Of a DNA stretch of 64,000 nt, positions 11,407 to 22,483 are shown piece after piece (position 1 is the first letter of the stretch; every line of letters starts with the position of its first letter). Both the position numbers and the translations under genes were made by a program. Source of the DNA: Escherichia phage phiP4; sequence record PP993145.1; one strand, 5' to 3'. The notes beneath the pieces are model-generated. The model did no database searches. It was not told the DNA's origin and was given only the letters and a program-made list of their open reading frames with translations.

Positions 11407-11775
11407 TTACCGTGCTCGAGATTTAGCATGTGGCTTAACGTTAGGAATCCTTCCGTTTTGCGGTTTATGCTTCTCAGCACGTTTACGTGCAGCATCTACA
11501 GCTTTAGCATCAAATATATTGATAATGTGTAGAACAAATTCTTTTTCTATAGGATCAGTAATCCCATAAATATCAAATAAAACACCTAGAGCAGCTTTAT
11601 CTTTGCCTATAAAGATAGGAAAGTCACCCGGTATGAAACAGTCAATTAGACTATTATAAATATTCATACTAATAGCTACAATAGGTGGAAAATCTTCAAG
11701 TTCAACAGGCATAGCTTTAGGATCAGGTTCTATACCCATTGACTCACAAAGTATTAAATATTGTTGTTTAGTCAT
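11407..11775 (-). CDS. tail assembly chaperone (putative), 122 aa
   Basis: Small ORF directly upstream of tape measure gene. Confidence 0.4.
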   Translation of the reverse strand: MTKQQYLILCESMGIEPDPKAMPVELEDFPPIVAISMNIYNSLIDCFIPGDFPIFIGKDKAALGVLFDIYGITDPIEKEFVLHIINIFDAKAVDAARKRAEKHKPQNGRIPNVKPHAKSRAR

Positions 11776-11836
11776 TTTAGATGCTGAGCTTTTAATACAC
11801 TTATCAGCAAAGTCAGCAACAGCATCTAATAGTTCT

Positions 11837-12241
11837 TTACGCTTTTGAGCTACGAAAAGTGTCTAAGTGGAACACTGTCTGGTTGATCCAAGAATCAAAC
11901 GCAGCAGAGTTCTGCATAAGCATTACAGCATTATCACGGCTAAAAGGAACCTCAGTAGCAGGATCAGCATCTGTTTCAATCAGCATCAGTTTTTCAACGT
12001 CACCTACGGTCAAGCCAGTCCAGCCCTTAATCGCAGCATCAACGAAGGCTTCAATAAACTTATCATCATCCTGTACCTGAATCAAAGTACCGTTAACCCA
12101 TTCGTCACGCTTAGCAGAAGTGATAACTCGCTTAGAAGTAGCACGAGACATATAATTAAGCTCTAGCTTAAAGTTCGGCATACCTGGGTATGAAAGAGTG
12201 ACAGTACGAGTTTCTAGAGTAATATCTTTTAAGTTAATCAT
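11837..12241 (-). CDS. tail assembly chaperone (putative), 134 aa
   Basis: Small ORF between tail tube region and tape measure gene. Confidence 0.4.
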   Translation of the reverse strand: MINLKDITLETRTVTLSYPGMPNFKLELNYMSRATSKRVITSAKRDEWVNGTLIQVQDDDKFIEAFVDAAIKGWTGLTVGDVEKLMLIETDADPATEVPFSRDNAVMLMQNSAAFDSWINQTVFHLDTFRSSKA

Positions 12242-13137
12242 TATTTTCTTTCTCCAAAGAAGTTTATTTCTACAGGATCTGAATCAGCAGTAGGTATTAC
12301 ATCATACTCTACCTGATACAAATCTGAGAAGTTTAGGCGTTTTGAAATACGTGCTAAAGGGAATGTTATAGAAACATATTTATTTTTAATAATTAGGGGA
12401 GTTCTTGTTTCAGGATCTAGATTCAAGAACTTATCTCCTACCAATCTCTTAACGTAATAGAAAGCTAGCGTTGCGGAAGCATTCATTTCATTGACATAAG
12501 CTCGTTTATTAGTATAAACTTTGTTTATATCAAATATACTTCTATCTTCTCTCCAAGAACATTGTTGTTGGAAGGACATAGATGCTGAAATTAATGCCGG
12601 CAGCGGCGCGCTATTAGTATACACAGCTGGGGGACTATACGGAAGTACTTCACCTTGTGTAATTGTATATCCATCACGGAAAGTAGATACTTCAGAGAAT
12701 TTTCCAGACTCAATACCAACATTTAGAATTGGTACACTCTTATCTAGAGAAAAATCAACTGTTGATACATAACAGTTTTCGAAATAAATACAGCTATTAT
12801 TATAATTAATAATATACATATTGAACATAATAGGTTCAATATTGGGAGTATTTCTTGGCAAAAATAAAGAATTCCCCTCACGCGTGAATCCCATCCAATC
12901 AAAGAAATTAGACTCAATAAGCGTAGTACTGAAATTTATTGCCAATGAAATAGATGAAGGATCTTGAGCATTAATAATAGAGTCTGCATAGTTAGTACGA
13001 TTATGGATAGTACGTCTAAGAGTCTTAAACTCTTGAAAAGACGTACTAGCATCATAGTTAGAGAGGGCATCGAAATGATACCCCCTACCATCGTACTCAA
13101 TAACTATTTTAGACTCTCGCATGAGAGAATAAAACAT
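12241..13137 (-). CDS. tail protein, 298 aa (possible collar p140-like)
   Basis: ORF between tail tube and chaperone genes; function by position only. Confidence 0.3.
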   Translation of the reverse strand: MFYSLMRESKIVIEYDGRGYHFDALSNYDASTSFQEFKTLRRTIHNRTNYADSIINAQDPSSISLAINFSTTLIESNFFDWMGFTREGNSLFLPRNTPNIEPIMFNMYIINYNNSCIYFENCYVSTVDFSLDKSVPILNVGIESGKFSEVSTFRDGYTITQGEVLPYSPPAVYTNSAPLPALISASMSFQQQCSWREDRSIFDINKVYTNKRAYVNEMNASATLAFYYVKRLVGDKFLNLDPETRTPLIIKNKYVSITFPLARISKRLNFSDLYQVEYDVIPTADSDPVEINFFGERK

Positions 13138-13141
13138 TTAA

Positions 13142-14533
13142 TTAACCACCTGTTACAGTAATCTGTTTAGTGCCTTTAACTCCGGAACCATCTTTAGCAG
13201 TAGCTTCCACAGTTACTGCACCAGTTTTACTAGCATTTGCTGTTAGTAACCCTGTTGCGCTGATAGTGGCTGCATCACCGGCAGTAATAGCCCAGGTAAC
13301 ATCCTTATTCCTTGCAGAAGAAGGAGTAACTTCAACACTCATCTGAAGAGTTTGTCCAGTCCGAACAGAAGTAGCCTCACCGGCAGATTTAACAGTAATT
13401 GCAGTTACAGCATCAGTAGCACCATCACCATTAACAATCAAGTTATTAATAGTTGTTTTAGTATATTTACTAGAGAAACCTAAGTAACCCTCATCACCAG
13501 CATCTAGGTCTGACGGAATAGCCTTAAACTCTACTGAAGTACCAAGTACATCATCAGTTTCAATAGTAGGAATATTAACGTGGGCTTGTTTAGCTACTAG
13601 AATAGCTGCAGGACGTTCATTATCGTACTCGCCACCAAGTACTAGAGCGATTTCGAAACGATTAACTACCTTCAGAGTTTTGATAAGATCTTTATACAGT
13701 TCCATGGAACCAAGAGATTTATCATTCAGATAAGCAGTTAATGAACCAGTTAATTCAAAAGCACCAGTAAAGGAACCAATTGGAATAGTAACACGGGACA
13801 TTACATTAGGTGTTAAATAAGTAATGTTGTTGTTAATAGTAAAAGTACCACCGGTAATCGGTATGTCATAAGACTTATTGGTATCCATGTCCTTGATCTT
13901 CAAGATCGTTAGTTTGTTCTTAATATAAGAACCCTGGATAGTCATATAAGTTTCATCATCAATACCTAGCTGATCTGGGTCAAATGGGGCGGAATCCAGA
14001 GGAATAAGCTGATTACCATTACCAGACCAAGTTACACGGCCAATATCTTCGATATCAACGTTAACTTCTGCCTGATTAATCTGACAGGAATCAATATAAC
14101 TCCATGCTTTATCAGTCAGAATATAAATATGTAACATTGCTAACTCATGATAGGAGTTATCTTTGAAGTTAACCATGAAGTTAGTTGTGTTATTGTGTGC
14201 CCCTGTATTACCTTCTAAGTTAATAGCTTTACCACTAGAAAGTGCATGCCATAACATATAGTCAGGAACAATTTGTTTGCTAGTAGTTTTATCTTTATAC
14301 GGTAGGATGTAAGTAGAAAAACTCCACTCAGCTGCGTTTAAAGAGTCGTTAAAACGTTTAGAACCACGAGTTGGACGCGGACCAGCTTCATTAACAGTAA
14401 TATCTGTTGAGTTACTGTCCTGACCCCAAGAAATATCATCCTGAACTAGAATCTCTTGCGTGTTGGTCTTATTATGACCAGTCTTAACCGTAGACACGAA
14501 GATTCGAGTATTACGTAATAGTTGTAAAGACAT
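13142..14533 (-). CDS. tail tube protein (pb6-like), 463 aa, C-terminal Ig-like domain
   Basis: 463 aa (T5 pb6 is 464); C-terminal VTWAITAGDAATISATG...VTVEATAKDGSG Ig-like (Big_2-type) segment. Confidence 0.75.
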   Translation of the reverse strand: MSLQLLRNTRIFVSTVKTGHNKTNTQEILVQDDISWGQDSNSTDITVNEAGPRPTRGSKRFNDSLNAAEWSFSTYILPYKDKTTSKQIVPDYMLWHALSSGKAINLEGNTGAHNNTTNFMVNFKDNSYHELAMLHIYILTDKAWSYIDSCQINQAEVNVDIEDIGRVTWSGNGNQLIPLDSAPFDPDQLGIDDETYMTIQGSYIKNKLTILKIKDMDTNKSYDIPITGGTFTINNNITYLTPNVMSRVTIPIGSFTGAFELTGSLTAYLNDKSLGSMELYKDLIKTLKVVNRFEIALVLGGEYDNERPAAILVAKQAHVNIPTIETDDVLGTSVEFKAIPSDLDAGDEGYLGFSSKYTKTTINNLIVNGDGATDAVTAITVKSAGEATSVRTGQTLQMSVEVTPSSARNKDVTWAITAGDAATISATGLLTANASKTGAVTVEATAKDGSGVKGTKQITVTGG

Positions 14534-14559
14534 TTAATTATTTTCTCCTAATCTGTAAC

Positions 14560-15045
14560 TTATCTGCGAAGTGACCTACGTGGAGGCTGATACCTCACTG
14601 TTACATTTATTTCTGCTAAACCATATGGGGCCAGTAGACCCTCATCTGTACTAACTGATGTAATGATCATATCAGTTGCCTCACATGGGAAGGTCGATCC
14701 ATTAGGTTTACTAACAGTATATTCTAAATTTCCACCTGTGTCAATAACGGTTTTTATATCCGCTACGAGTTTTTCAAGTTGCTCTTGAATGTCTGTTTTC
14801 TCTTTATCGTACACCAGGATTGGAAGTTCTAAAAACATCCACTGTTGGCCTGAAGGAAGATACTGCCCAGTTTCAGTTCCGATATGAACTGCCACATAAG
14901 GAAACTCTCGTATTTCCTCAAATTTATAAGTTTGACGAGAAACGTTTCCGTATAGGTTATTAAAATATTCGTCAGGTTGAGAACCATCCATTTGTTTAGA
15001 GATTCGATCAACCATAGCTTGTGCAATACTTGTTCTATGATCCAT
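14560..15045 (-). CDS. head-tail joining/tail completion protein (putative), 161 aa
   Basis: Position between capsid and tail tube genes. Confidence 0.35.
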   Translation of the reverse strand: MDHRTSIAQAMVDRISKQMDGSQPDEYFNNLYGNVSRQTYKFEEIREFPYVAVHIGTETGQYLPSGQQWMFLELPILVYDKEKTDIQEQLEKLVADIKTVIDTGGNLEYTVSKPNGSTFPCEATDMIITSVSTDEGLLAPYGLAEINVTVRYQPPRRSLRR

Positions 15046-15048
15046 TTA

Positions 15049-15816
15049 TTAGGTTCCTTGATTAACCTTAATTTTATATCTGGAGTGAATCAGGTCTCTT
15101 GCAGCCTTTGCTATAGCCTCACCAATAAGTTTTTGTGGGTTTCTAGCGCCAGGATAAGGTCGTAGAGATAATCTTCTGTAGGTAGATACTGCCGGATTGA
15201 ACACAGAATATGGACGAGTCATATAATTATATGTTACGTTCAATTCAGGAGAGCCTTTACTGGTTTCAGAATCACGAAGCATAACATCTTTAATTTTTAA
15301 AGAGTTTGCAAAGCGACCGGTCCTAAATTTTAGTGGTGCTCCCGCTTTTTTCATATCCTTTATTAAGTATTCTTTAGCAACTATCTCTAGTATAACTTTC
15401 ATATTGCTATTAGACACAAAACGTCCAGAAGCACCTGTTACTGCACCAGAGTATCCATCTTCAACATCACTAGGATCACCAAAGTTTACCTGCACTCTAC
15501 CAGTAGAACGTTTTTTACCTACTGAGGATTTTTTACCAGCAGTTGCTTGTATTAGGTTTTCTAGAGCACCTAAATCTCCAGAAAGATCTAAACTAGAGGA
15601 TACAGCTTTTAGTATAGAGGCTGTTCTAACATCAAGAAGATCTTGGGATACAGGTTTTGAAAACTTAAAAGATACTTGAGCAACAGTACCATCTCTGGTA
15701 GGATCTTTTAGCCCTGTTTCAACAGAGTATACAACAGTATTCTTATTATTTTCAGATCGTCCTGCAGTATCTAGCTGCTCTTTAATAATTTGTTTAGCTA
15801 GATCGGAAAGAGACAT
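15049..15816 (-). CDS. structural protein (putative tail terminator/completion), 255 aa
   Basis: Position in head-tail connector block. Confidence 0.35.
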   Translation of the reverse strand: MSLSDLAKQIIKEQLDTAGRSENNKNTVVYSVETGLKDPTRDGTVAQVSFKFSKPVSQDLLDVRTASILKAVSSSLDLSGDLGALENLIQATAGKKSSVGKKRSTGRVQVNFGDPSDVEDGYSGAVTGASGRFVSNSNMKVILEIVAKEYLIKDMKKAGAPLKFRTGRFANSLKIKDVMLRDSETSKGSPELNVTYNYMTRPYSVFNPAVSTYRRLSLRPYPGARNPQKLIGEAIAKAARDLIHSRYKIKVNQGT

Positions 15817-16328
15817 TATACTCTCCTATATACTTCAATAATAGTACGAATATGCTCTGGAATACCAGACTTAGTGCTATTGAAGGTTACTGTTTCCCCA
15901 CCAATTGTTTTAGCTTGGCGGTAATCTTGTTTGTGCCAATGATCTACTAGCATACATGCTGCAAGTTTGAGATCTTCAGGTATTGGATTGAATCCACCTT
16001 GTGTATACGCTACATCCATATAACCTTCTGGAGGATTAAATTTGAGAAGGATAATACCGTCAGAGTATAGCTTATACTGCTCTGGGTCAATCTCATTATC
16101 GTTAATCGTCACTTTAGTTACGGAGGTAGCAGATGGTGAGCTCAGAAAATATTTTCTACGTGTAGGTTTTGTATTGATTAACTGGTCTACCGCATCAGCA
16201 TCATCCATGCCTAGAAGGCTCGTGATCAGCGCATTGGCAGCAGTAATCATCATTTCTACACCAGATTCTAATTCAGGTCGTTTTAAACCACCATATAATC
16301 TATAATCTTCGGCTGTGATGATTTGCAT
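15816..16328 (-). CDS. head completion/adaptor protein (putative), 170 aa
   Basis: First ORF after capsid-gene terminator. Confidence 0.35.
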   Translation of the reverse strand: MQIITAEDYRLYGGLKRPELESGVEMMITAANALITSLLGMDDADAVDQLINTKPTRRKYFLSSPSATSVTKVTINDNEIDPEQYKLYSDGIILLKFNPPEGYMDVAYTQGGFNPIPEDLKLAACMLVDHWHKQDYRQAKTIGGETVTFNSTKSGIPEHIRTIIEVYRRV

Positions 16329-16339
16329 TTATTTTTCCC

Positions 16340-16366
16340 AATAAAAAAGGAGAGCCGAAGCTCTCC
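16340..16366 (-). terminator. intrinsic terminator downstream of major capsid gene
   Basis: ggagagc-cgaa-gctctcc hairpin plus U-run on minus strand. Confidence 0.6.
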
Positions 16367-16387
16367 TTATCGGCTGAAAAGCCTGTA

Positions 16388-17764
16388 TTAAGATGCAGCG
16401 TAAGCACCGGATACAACGCCATTTTCAAAGTAACGTTGCAGGTTAACACGCTGAGTAACGTAGTACGCGTCACGCTGTTTACCAGCTTGGCGCTCACGTT
16501 CAACAGTAACAGCACGCTGACGCGGCATTACGAAGTTATCTTTGTAAACAATAACTGCGAACTCTGCGGAGGTAGCTTTAGCCGGGAAGAACTCAGAAAC
16601 TACAACCGGCAGACCGTAAATACGACCGACCTGACCTTGCAGTTTAACAGCATCATTACCAACCTGGGCAACATCCTGCCATTCTTCATCTTCCAACAGA
16701 TCGTAATAAGCATCCATAGATACGATCAGTACCAGTTTGCTCAGTTTCAGACCATGACGGCCCAGTTTACGACGCAGTTTAGAGATAGTTTTAGCAGTTA
16801 CCAGAACAGAACCATCAGCTTTAGCTTCAGTAATAACTTTAGCACTATCGCCTTCAGCCAGTTTCAGCAGACCTTTCGGCTTACCAGTACCGTCACCAGT
16901 CATAAACGCTTCTTCGATAGAAACAGCGTGTGCTTCAATCAGACGCTTACGCAGCAGCGGTAGCAGGGAGAAGATTGCATCTTCTTCAGTTTCATCAGTA
17001 ATGAAGGACTTAGCAGCCAGTTTATAGGTTTTGAACTGAATTTCAGTCAGAGCACCTTTAACTTCGTTACCAGTAGTAGTGTCAGTACCATATGTATTAG
17101 CATCTACCCAAGTAGCTTTACCAGCATCTGGTTCAACCAGCATAGTAAGAATTTTGCTGGACATTGGTAGCTCTTCAAACAAAGCACCAACTACTAGTTC
17201 TTTCTGCAGGTCACGAATAATACGCTGGGAGAAAATAGTTTCATAGCTTTCACTAGAAACTTCTACTGAAGAGGACTGGTTTACAGTTTTCAGGTGTCTC
17301 TGGCCATGTTCGGTATCAAATACACCTTTTTCCATCACGTAAGACAGAAGAACCAGTTTTTCAACTTCATCTTCAAAGTTTTCCTGAGTACCGTACAGTG
17401 CTTTAGCTACGCTATCACCAACGAAGGAACGACCTTCACGAGCTGCTAGCAGAGATTTAATTTCATCCTGGAGACCAACAATAGTTTCCTGCTGTTTTTC
17501 TACAGTCTGTGCAAACAGTTCTGCGCTCTTTTTAGATTTTTCATCCAGGGATTTAACCAGTTCCAGAGCTTCTTCTAGCTTCTGACGATCTTCGCCAACT
17601 GCTTTAGAAACTAGATCATTCATACGAGCCAGTTCTTTTTCTTCCTGCTCTTTACGCATACGTTCAGCTTCAGCAGCTTTCTGAGCAGCGGTCAGACCTT
17701 CCAGAGATTTAGCCAGATCACCCAGACCAAGTTCTTCTTTCAGCTTATTAATATCAATAGTCAT
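16388..17764 (-). CDS. major capsid protein precursor (pb8-like), 458 aa
   Basis: 458 aa (same as T5 pb8), coiled-coil N-terminal delta domain then HK97-like body; follows prohead protease. Confidence 0.85.
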   Translation of the reverse strand: MTIDINKLKEELGLGDLAKSLEGLTAAQKAAEAERMRKEQEEKELARMNDLVSKAVGEDRQKLEEALELVKSLDEKSKKSAELFAQTVEKQQETIVGLQDEIKSLLAAREGRSFVGDSVAKALYGTQENFEDEVEKLVLLSYVMEKGVFDTEHGQRHLKTVNQSSSVEVSSESYETIFSQRIIRDLQKELVVGALFEELPMSSKILTMLVEPDAGKATWVDANTYGTDTTTGNEVKGALTEIQFKTYKLAAKSFITDETEEDAIFSLLPLLRKRLIEAHAVSIEEAFMTGDGTGKPKGLLKLAEGDSAKVITEAKADGSVLVTAKTISKLRRKLGRHGLKLSKLVLIVSMDAYYDLLEDEEWQDVAQVGNDAVKLQGQVGRIYGLPVVVSEFFPAKATSAEFAVIVYKDNFVMPRQRAVTVERERQAGKQRDAYYVTQRVNLQRYFENGVVSGAYAAS

Positions 17765-17781
17765 TTTTAAATAATTCTCCG

Positions 17782-18414
17782 TTATTCTTTAACGTAGCCT
17801 AAAGCTATCGCAAGTTTTTCTAGTTCAGAAAGATTACGTTCTTGAGCTGGGACAGCTTTAGAACTTATTGCAGTAAAAGATTTACGCCATTCAGTATAAT
17901 CATGACCATTCATGCTCTTAGCGAGATTGAATGTCGAGTCCTGATTACAAGGTACAGAAACTACCGAAACTTCGTATAGTTCTAAATCTTTAATAATAAA
18001 TATATCAGTAGCTTCATCCCACTCTGCATCTAGGCAGCGGAATCCGATACTAAAAGTTTTCAGTACACCGTTTTTAATTAGTGAAAAGATAGCCGGATCA
18101 GAACTTTCATAGATCTCGCATTCGATTTCGAGACCCATTTCAGTAGGGTTAAGATCAATACACTTGCCGATTGGACGACGATGGTCGTGTCCGAAAAGAA
18201 TAATCGGGTTTTTCATGTAGTTAGCAAGTGCATTAGATGTTTTCCATGCCGAAGCAGGGATTACATCACCAGCGCGATCTTTACTAATTGTATTAGCGAA
18301 TCCACGGATTTTTACAACACCCTCTTTGGATTCGCTATCAATAGATTTAATATAAGCATCTAAATGAACCGGTGCTGATTTTAACTTGTTATAGTCAATA
18401 GCAGCTTGTGTCAT
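17782..18414 (-). CDS. prohead protease (pb11-like), 210 aa
   Basis: 210 aa ORF between decoration/portal and capsid genes. Confidence 0.7.
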   Translation of the reverse strand: MTQAAIDYNKLKSAPVHLDAYIKSIDSESKEGVVKIRGFANTISKDRAGDVIPASAWKTSNALANYMKNPIILFGHDHRRPIGKCIDLNPTEMGLEIECEIYESSDPAIFSLIKNGVLKTFSIGFRCLDAEWDEATDIFIIKDLELYEVSVVSVPCNQDSTFNLAKSMNGHDYTEWRKSFTAISSKAVPAQERNLSELEKLAIALGYVKE

Positions 18415-18417
18415 TTA

Positions 18418-18909
18418 TTAGCCTCCAACACCGGGATTAACCGTTACTGTACATGCAGTAGAATCCTTACTAACTTTCTTACTATCTGTTACAGTTACTT
18501 TATAAGCTCCAGAATCCCCAGTAGCTGCTGCAGACTTAGTATAGGTAGCATCTGTAGCATCTGGAATAGGAGCACCATCTTTAGTCCAAGCATAAGTATA
18601 CGGACCAGTGCCACCGGTTGCAGTAACAGAAAGTGTTAACGCTGCTCCCTCTTCAACAGACATGCTAGCAGCTAAATCCTTGGAAAGAGTTAAGGGTGGA
18701 GCAGGCGGAGCAGGAGGAACTGCTGCACCATAAGCCTCTACAAATTTCTTCCATACTTTACGGTTAGTATGCGCAGATGAAAGTCCTAGTTCTCTACGCA
18801 GAAAAGCATAGCTAGGAACATATTTATGCGCAGCAACCGTAGCAAAGAAGATATGAGATTCTGGCAGTTTTTCACCAAAAATGGCCTTTAGACCACTATA
18901 ATCAATCAT
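18418..18909 (-). CDS. capsid decoration protein (pb10-like), 163 aa
   Basis: N-terminal domain, PPAPPAPP linker, C-terminal Ig-like domain. Confidence 0.6.
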   Translation of the reverse strand: MIDYSGLKAIFGEKLPESHIFFATVAAHKYVPSYAFLRRELGLSSAHTNRKVWKKFVEAYGAAVPPAPPAPPLTLSKDLAASMSVEEGAALTLSVTATGGTGPYTYAWTKDGAPIPDATDATYTKSAAATGDSGAYKVTVTDSKKVSKDSTACTVTVNPGVGG

Positions 18910-20123
18910 TCTTTATCTCCCTCGGTGGAACCTTGAGGTCTACCACCTTCTTGACCGGATACACCTGTTGCAGAACCAGCAACGTTAGCAGGAATACGAA
19001 TCTTATTCATCTGCTCATCATCTAAAGGTTCAAGGTTCAGCTCTAAACGAGCTTCATTACCAGTTATAATACCATTATTAACCAATGAGGTTAAATGTTT
19101 AGCCTCAGATTCTTTATCTGGTGTTAATGCAGCTACTTCCTTAGTATTAGGAGTAATCTTATAACCAAAAAAGAAAGTAAGAGAACTAGTCAGTTTGTTC
19201 AGCATAGGGATGATAGTCATGTAATAGAACAGCTCGATATTTGGTCGAATGTTCGCATTATTACCACCATCAAGTAGCACTTGCGGAACACCAAAGGCTA
19301 GACAGATGGATTTATTAAATCCTTCAATGTCTTCCTTAAAGTCTAGATCTTTAAAAGAGGATATTTGGGAGTACGGTTTAGCTTTCATACCACCATCTAG
19401 AATCAGGACAGAGGACTGACCAGTACTAGGATTATAATCTAGTTGTAATTCTTCTTGTTTACGCTCACGCAATTTCTTGTTCAGGATTTCATCCGTCTCA
19501 AGAATAAGACCAATCACGGTTCCGTTATCAAGGAATTTCTCTTTAAAGTTAAGCATCTTAGAACGCTTCTCAAGAGAATCAATAACAGTAGCAACACGAG
19601 ATTGTCCAGAAATTTGAGAATTTGTGCCACACACGTAACTGTTATCCTTTATAAAGATAATCTCATCTACGCGATAGTCTATCTGATTATTAAATATAAA
19701 TTTTTTGATAAACTTATTGGCATCTGCCTCTACTTGCACTAGTGCAGCAGGGACATGGTAAAGTGCTGTGCCATCCCAATAGATGTATGCACAACCTTCA
19801 AAAAGTAGGTCAGTGACTACAAGTCTACGGAATGTGCTTATATCCATGAATGGATTAGGTCGTACATTTAAGAGAGTGTCTAGAGTCTTTGTCTTGATGC
19901 CATTAGCATACGTGACAATATTATATTTATCTCCGACAGTATAAGAACACTCCGCCGCACTATCTATAACCATATTAGCAGTTCTATTGAGAATCTCAAT
20001 TTTACTGTAGGCTTGTCCAGTGGTAAAAGGCTTACGGTTAGTGCGATGACTAACTGGTTCCATGTCTCTTATAATACGTTGACCCGGATTTAGCTTTTCA
20101 GTAATCCAGCTTTTAAAACCCAT
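18906..20123 (-). CDS. portal protein (pb7-like), 405 aa
   Basis: Position between terminase and protease; size. Confidence 0.75.
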   Translation of the reverse strand: MGFKSWITEKLNPGQRIIRDMEPVSHRTNRKPFTTGQAYSKIEILNRTANMVIDSAAECSYTVGDKYNIVTYANGIKTKTLDTLLNVRPNPFMDISTFRRLVVTDLLFEGCAYIYWDGTALYHVPAALVQVEADANKFIKKFIFNNQIDYRVDEIIFIKDNSYVCGTNSQISGQSRVATVIDSLEKRSKMLNFKEKFLDNGTVIGLILETDEILNKKLRERKQEELQLDYNPSTGQSSVLILDGGMKAKPYSQISSFKDLDFKEDIEGFNKSICLAFGVPQVLLDGGNNANIRPNIELFYYMTIIPMLNKLTSSLTFFFGYKITPNTKEVAALTPDKESEAKHLTSLVNNGIITGNEARLELNLEPLDDEQMNKIRIPANVAGSATGVSGQEGGRPQGSTEGDKE

Positions 20124-20647
20124 TATAAGAACCTTGCGAATCCTGATTTTGTTTCAGTCTTGACTTGTGTCTTTTCTTGAGGATTCTGTAATTTGTCTTT
20201 CTGCTTTTGAACCCACACTTTTTGCTTATTAGCAGAAAATAAGGGAGGTTCTTTTGTGTAAACCTTATGTAATAATTGGTGATGGTGTACACAAAGGGTA
20301 ACAGTGTCTTCTACTAGCTCATGCCTATATCGATCATAGAATGCCGTCCTATTTGAGAGGACTGTTTCTTCGTCAGTGAAATCCAATTGGAGTTCTTTAG
20401 CAAATTTTTTAACTAGTAGAGACACCGTATGGTAATGATGAAGTTCTAATTCTTCAGCACAACCGCAGATAGCACATTGAGAGTCTTTTTTATATTGACT
20501 TTTTATTCCGTCTCTCATAAGGGATATAGCATCGCGTTTATATTTTACATTGCTTGCCATAGTGTTCTCCTCAACTGTATGAATATAGTATACATAATCG
20601 TATCGAATTTGTAAAGGGGATTTTAAAATGCAGGAATGGGATACCAA
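20123..20647 (-). CDS. HNH endonuclease-like protein, 174 aa
   Basis: Cys-x2-Cys and HH motifs (CAICGCAEELELHHYH); sits between terminase and portal. Confidence 0.5.
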   Translation of the reverse strand: MVSHSCILKSPLQIRYDYVYYIHTVEENTMASNVKYKRDAISLMRDGIKSQYKKDSQCAICGCAEELELHHYHTVSLLVKKFAKELQLDFTDEETVLSNRTAFYDRYRHELVEDTVTLCVHHHQLLHKVYTKEPPLFSANKQKVWVQKQKDKLQNPQEKTQVKTETKSGFARFL

Positions 20648-20674
20648 CTGAGTAGTATCCCATCCTATACTTAT

Positions 20675-21991
20675 TTATTTACCACGGGAAATAGAGTAAA
20701 TTCCATAGCGCAGCGCATCACAAAGGTGAGAGTTAGCATCATGACGTGGTTTTTCACGTGATAATTTTTCTTCACCTTCTTGGAAATCCCACTTATAGTT
20801 CTGCAATGCATGAATTAATGAGGAACATGAAGCGTCTACAATAATCTTACCCTGCTGGAATAGCGCTTGCAAGCATGCTAGGCCATCTAGGACAGATTTC
20901 TTAGCGGGAGCAGAGGCAATTTCATGTTCATAAGCTAAGTCCTGACGGAACTGAGCTGCTGCAGAGTCAACGAAGATACGATCTACATTATAACGATCTA
21001 TACAGTGCTGAATATACGCAGCATGCTGAGCTGTGGTTTTCTCAGCCTGCTGGTACTCTTCTAATACATAGTAAGTATCTGTATCATAGTGATACTTGAT
21101 AGTAAGAACTGCTGTAGGATCACGATAACCAACGTCAATGCCAAGCAACGTTTCGAATGCTTCATCATCTTTAAAGAAGTGACGCATACCTTTAAGGTCT
21201 TTAACATGATCAATAGCATTAAAGGTATCAAAGATCTGACCTTCGAATACAGAGAAGTCAGCCTCGTATTCTTGGCGGAAGTAGTTTTTACTAACAGTAC
21301 GACGTGCCTCCTCAATATCATTCAGGTCAGCACGTGGATTATCACGATATGTACCATGAATAGATACCCAGTTAGGCAACGTATCATCAAACCCATAGGC
21401 ATAAAATTCTTTAAACCAGTTACCACCACGAGGAGTAGAGATAAACAGAGCCTTAGAATTAGGTTTATCTAGGGTAGGACGCAACTGAACTCTAAAGGCA
21501 TCACCACCTACATCGGAAATTGCCGCCTCGTCAAAGATGATAAAGTCATATGAACGTCCAACCGCGGAGTCGGCCTGCGCCGCGGAAGCTAGTTTAAACA
21601 GCGAGCCGTTTGCCAGCTCAATCTCTTTATCTTTAGCATTCTCACGTTCGGTTTGCAATCCATACTTCTTAATAAGACCACGAATCTGAGACCATCCGAT
21701 GTTGGCTAGTGAATAGTTAGGAGCAACTACTAGTACTTTTACATTAGGTTCCAGCAATTTTAGGAACCCAAGCGTATATGCTATGAAGGATTTACCTACA
21801 CGGCGTGATACACACGCCGTTACAAAACGATGTCTAGGATCTTCTAGCGCATTGATAATTGCTATTTGAGGACCATTAGGTGTAATACCTTCTTGTGCTA
21901 GTATTCCCGAAACAGGTAGACGAAAGAAACGTTTATCTATTCCGAAATCTATAACATCTACTGTATTAACGTAGGGTCTTGATACTTCCAT
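20675..21991 (-). CDS. terminase large subunit, 438 aa
   Basis: Walker A-like RRVGKS, C-terminal nuclease-like region, position upstream of portal. Confidence 0.8.
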   Translation of the reverse strand: MEVSRPYVNTVDVIDFGIDKRFFRLPVSGILAQEGITPNGPQIAIINALEDPRHRFVTACVSRRVGKSFIAYTLGFLKLLEPNVKVLVVAPNYSLANIGWSQIRGLIKKYGLQTERENAKDKEIELANGSLFKLASAAQADSAVGRSYDFIIFDEAAISDVGGDAFRVQLRPTLDKPNSKALFISTPRGGNWFKEFYAYGFDDTLPNWVSIHGTYRDNPRADLNDIEEARRTVSKNYFRQEYEADFSVFEGQIFDTFNAIDHVKDLKGMRHFFKDDEAFETLLGIDVGYRDPTAVLTIKYHYDTDTYYVLEEYQQAEKTTAQHAAYIQHCIDRYNVDRIFVDSAAAQFRQDLAYEHEIASAPAKKSVLDGLACLQALFQQGKIIVDASCSSLIHALQNYKWDFQEGEEKLSREKPRHDANSHLCDALRYGIYSISRGK

Positions 21992-22473
21992 TACTTCTTA
22001 CCTCCAGTAGCTAGGGAAGTAATTAAGTCCATGTAGTTTTGATCCCCAGCTCCAGCAATAATATTATTCTGGATATTGGTCTGATTAGCAGGAGCACGGA
22101 CGGCAGCTTTAGCTTTTTCTAGTTCCACCATCATTTTCATCTCTTCCATCTTCATTTTATGTGCCTTCCAGAGAATATCCATAATATCCTGGTCAGAACC
22201 CATGCCAGTTTCTTCCAATTCCTCTAGCTTACGTTTAATAACTTCATCTAGAACACCGAACAAACGATCTCTATTACGGAAACCACTTTCCATAAAAATA
22301 TCGTTTAAGTAGTTCTTAACCTCACTACGATTCATAATATCTCGGAAAGCAATTTCGGACATTCCAAGACTACGTGCGGCAGAAGGCACATCACTGCCAC
22401 ACTGTAAATAAGCTTCAATTACATCCATCCCTTCAGGGGACATAAGATCTGGTACTAATACATCATTTGCCAT
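21991..22473 (-). CDS. terminase small subunit (putative), 160 aa
   Basis: HTH-like N-terminus, start overlaps stop of large terminase gene region. Confidence 0.45.
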   Translation of the reverse strand: MANDVLVPDLMSPEGMDVIEAYLQCGSDVPSAARSLGMSEIAFRDIMNRSEVKNYLNDIFMESGFRNRDRLFGVLDEVIKRKLEELEETGMGSDQDIMDILWKAHKMKMEEMKMMVELEKAKAAVRAPANQTNIQNNIIAGAGDQNYMDLITSLATGGKK

Positions 22474-22483
22474 ATTTCCTCCT

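Noticed and set aside
13142-18909. Ig-like domains in tail tube and decoration proteins as a separate adhesion system
   Set aside because: Known accessory domains of T5-type structural proteins, not an independent system
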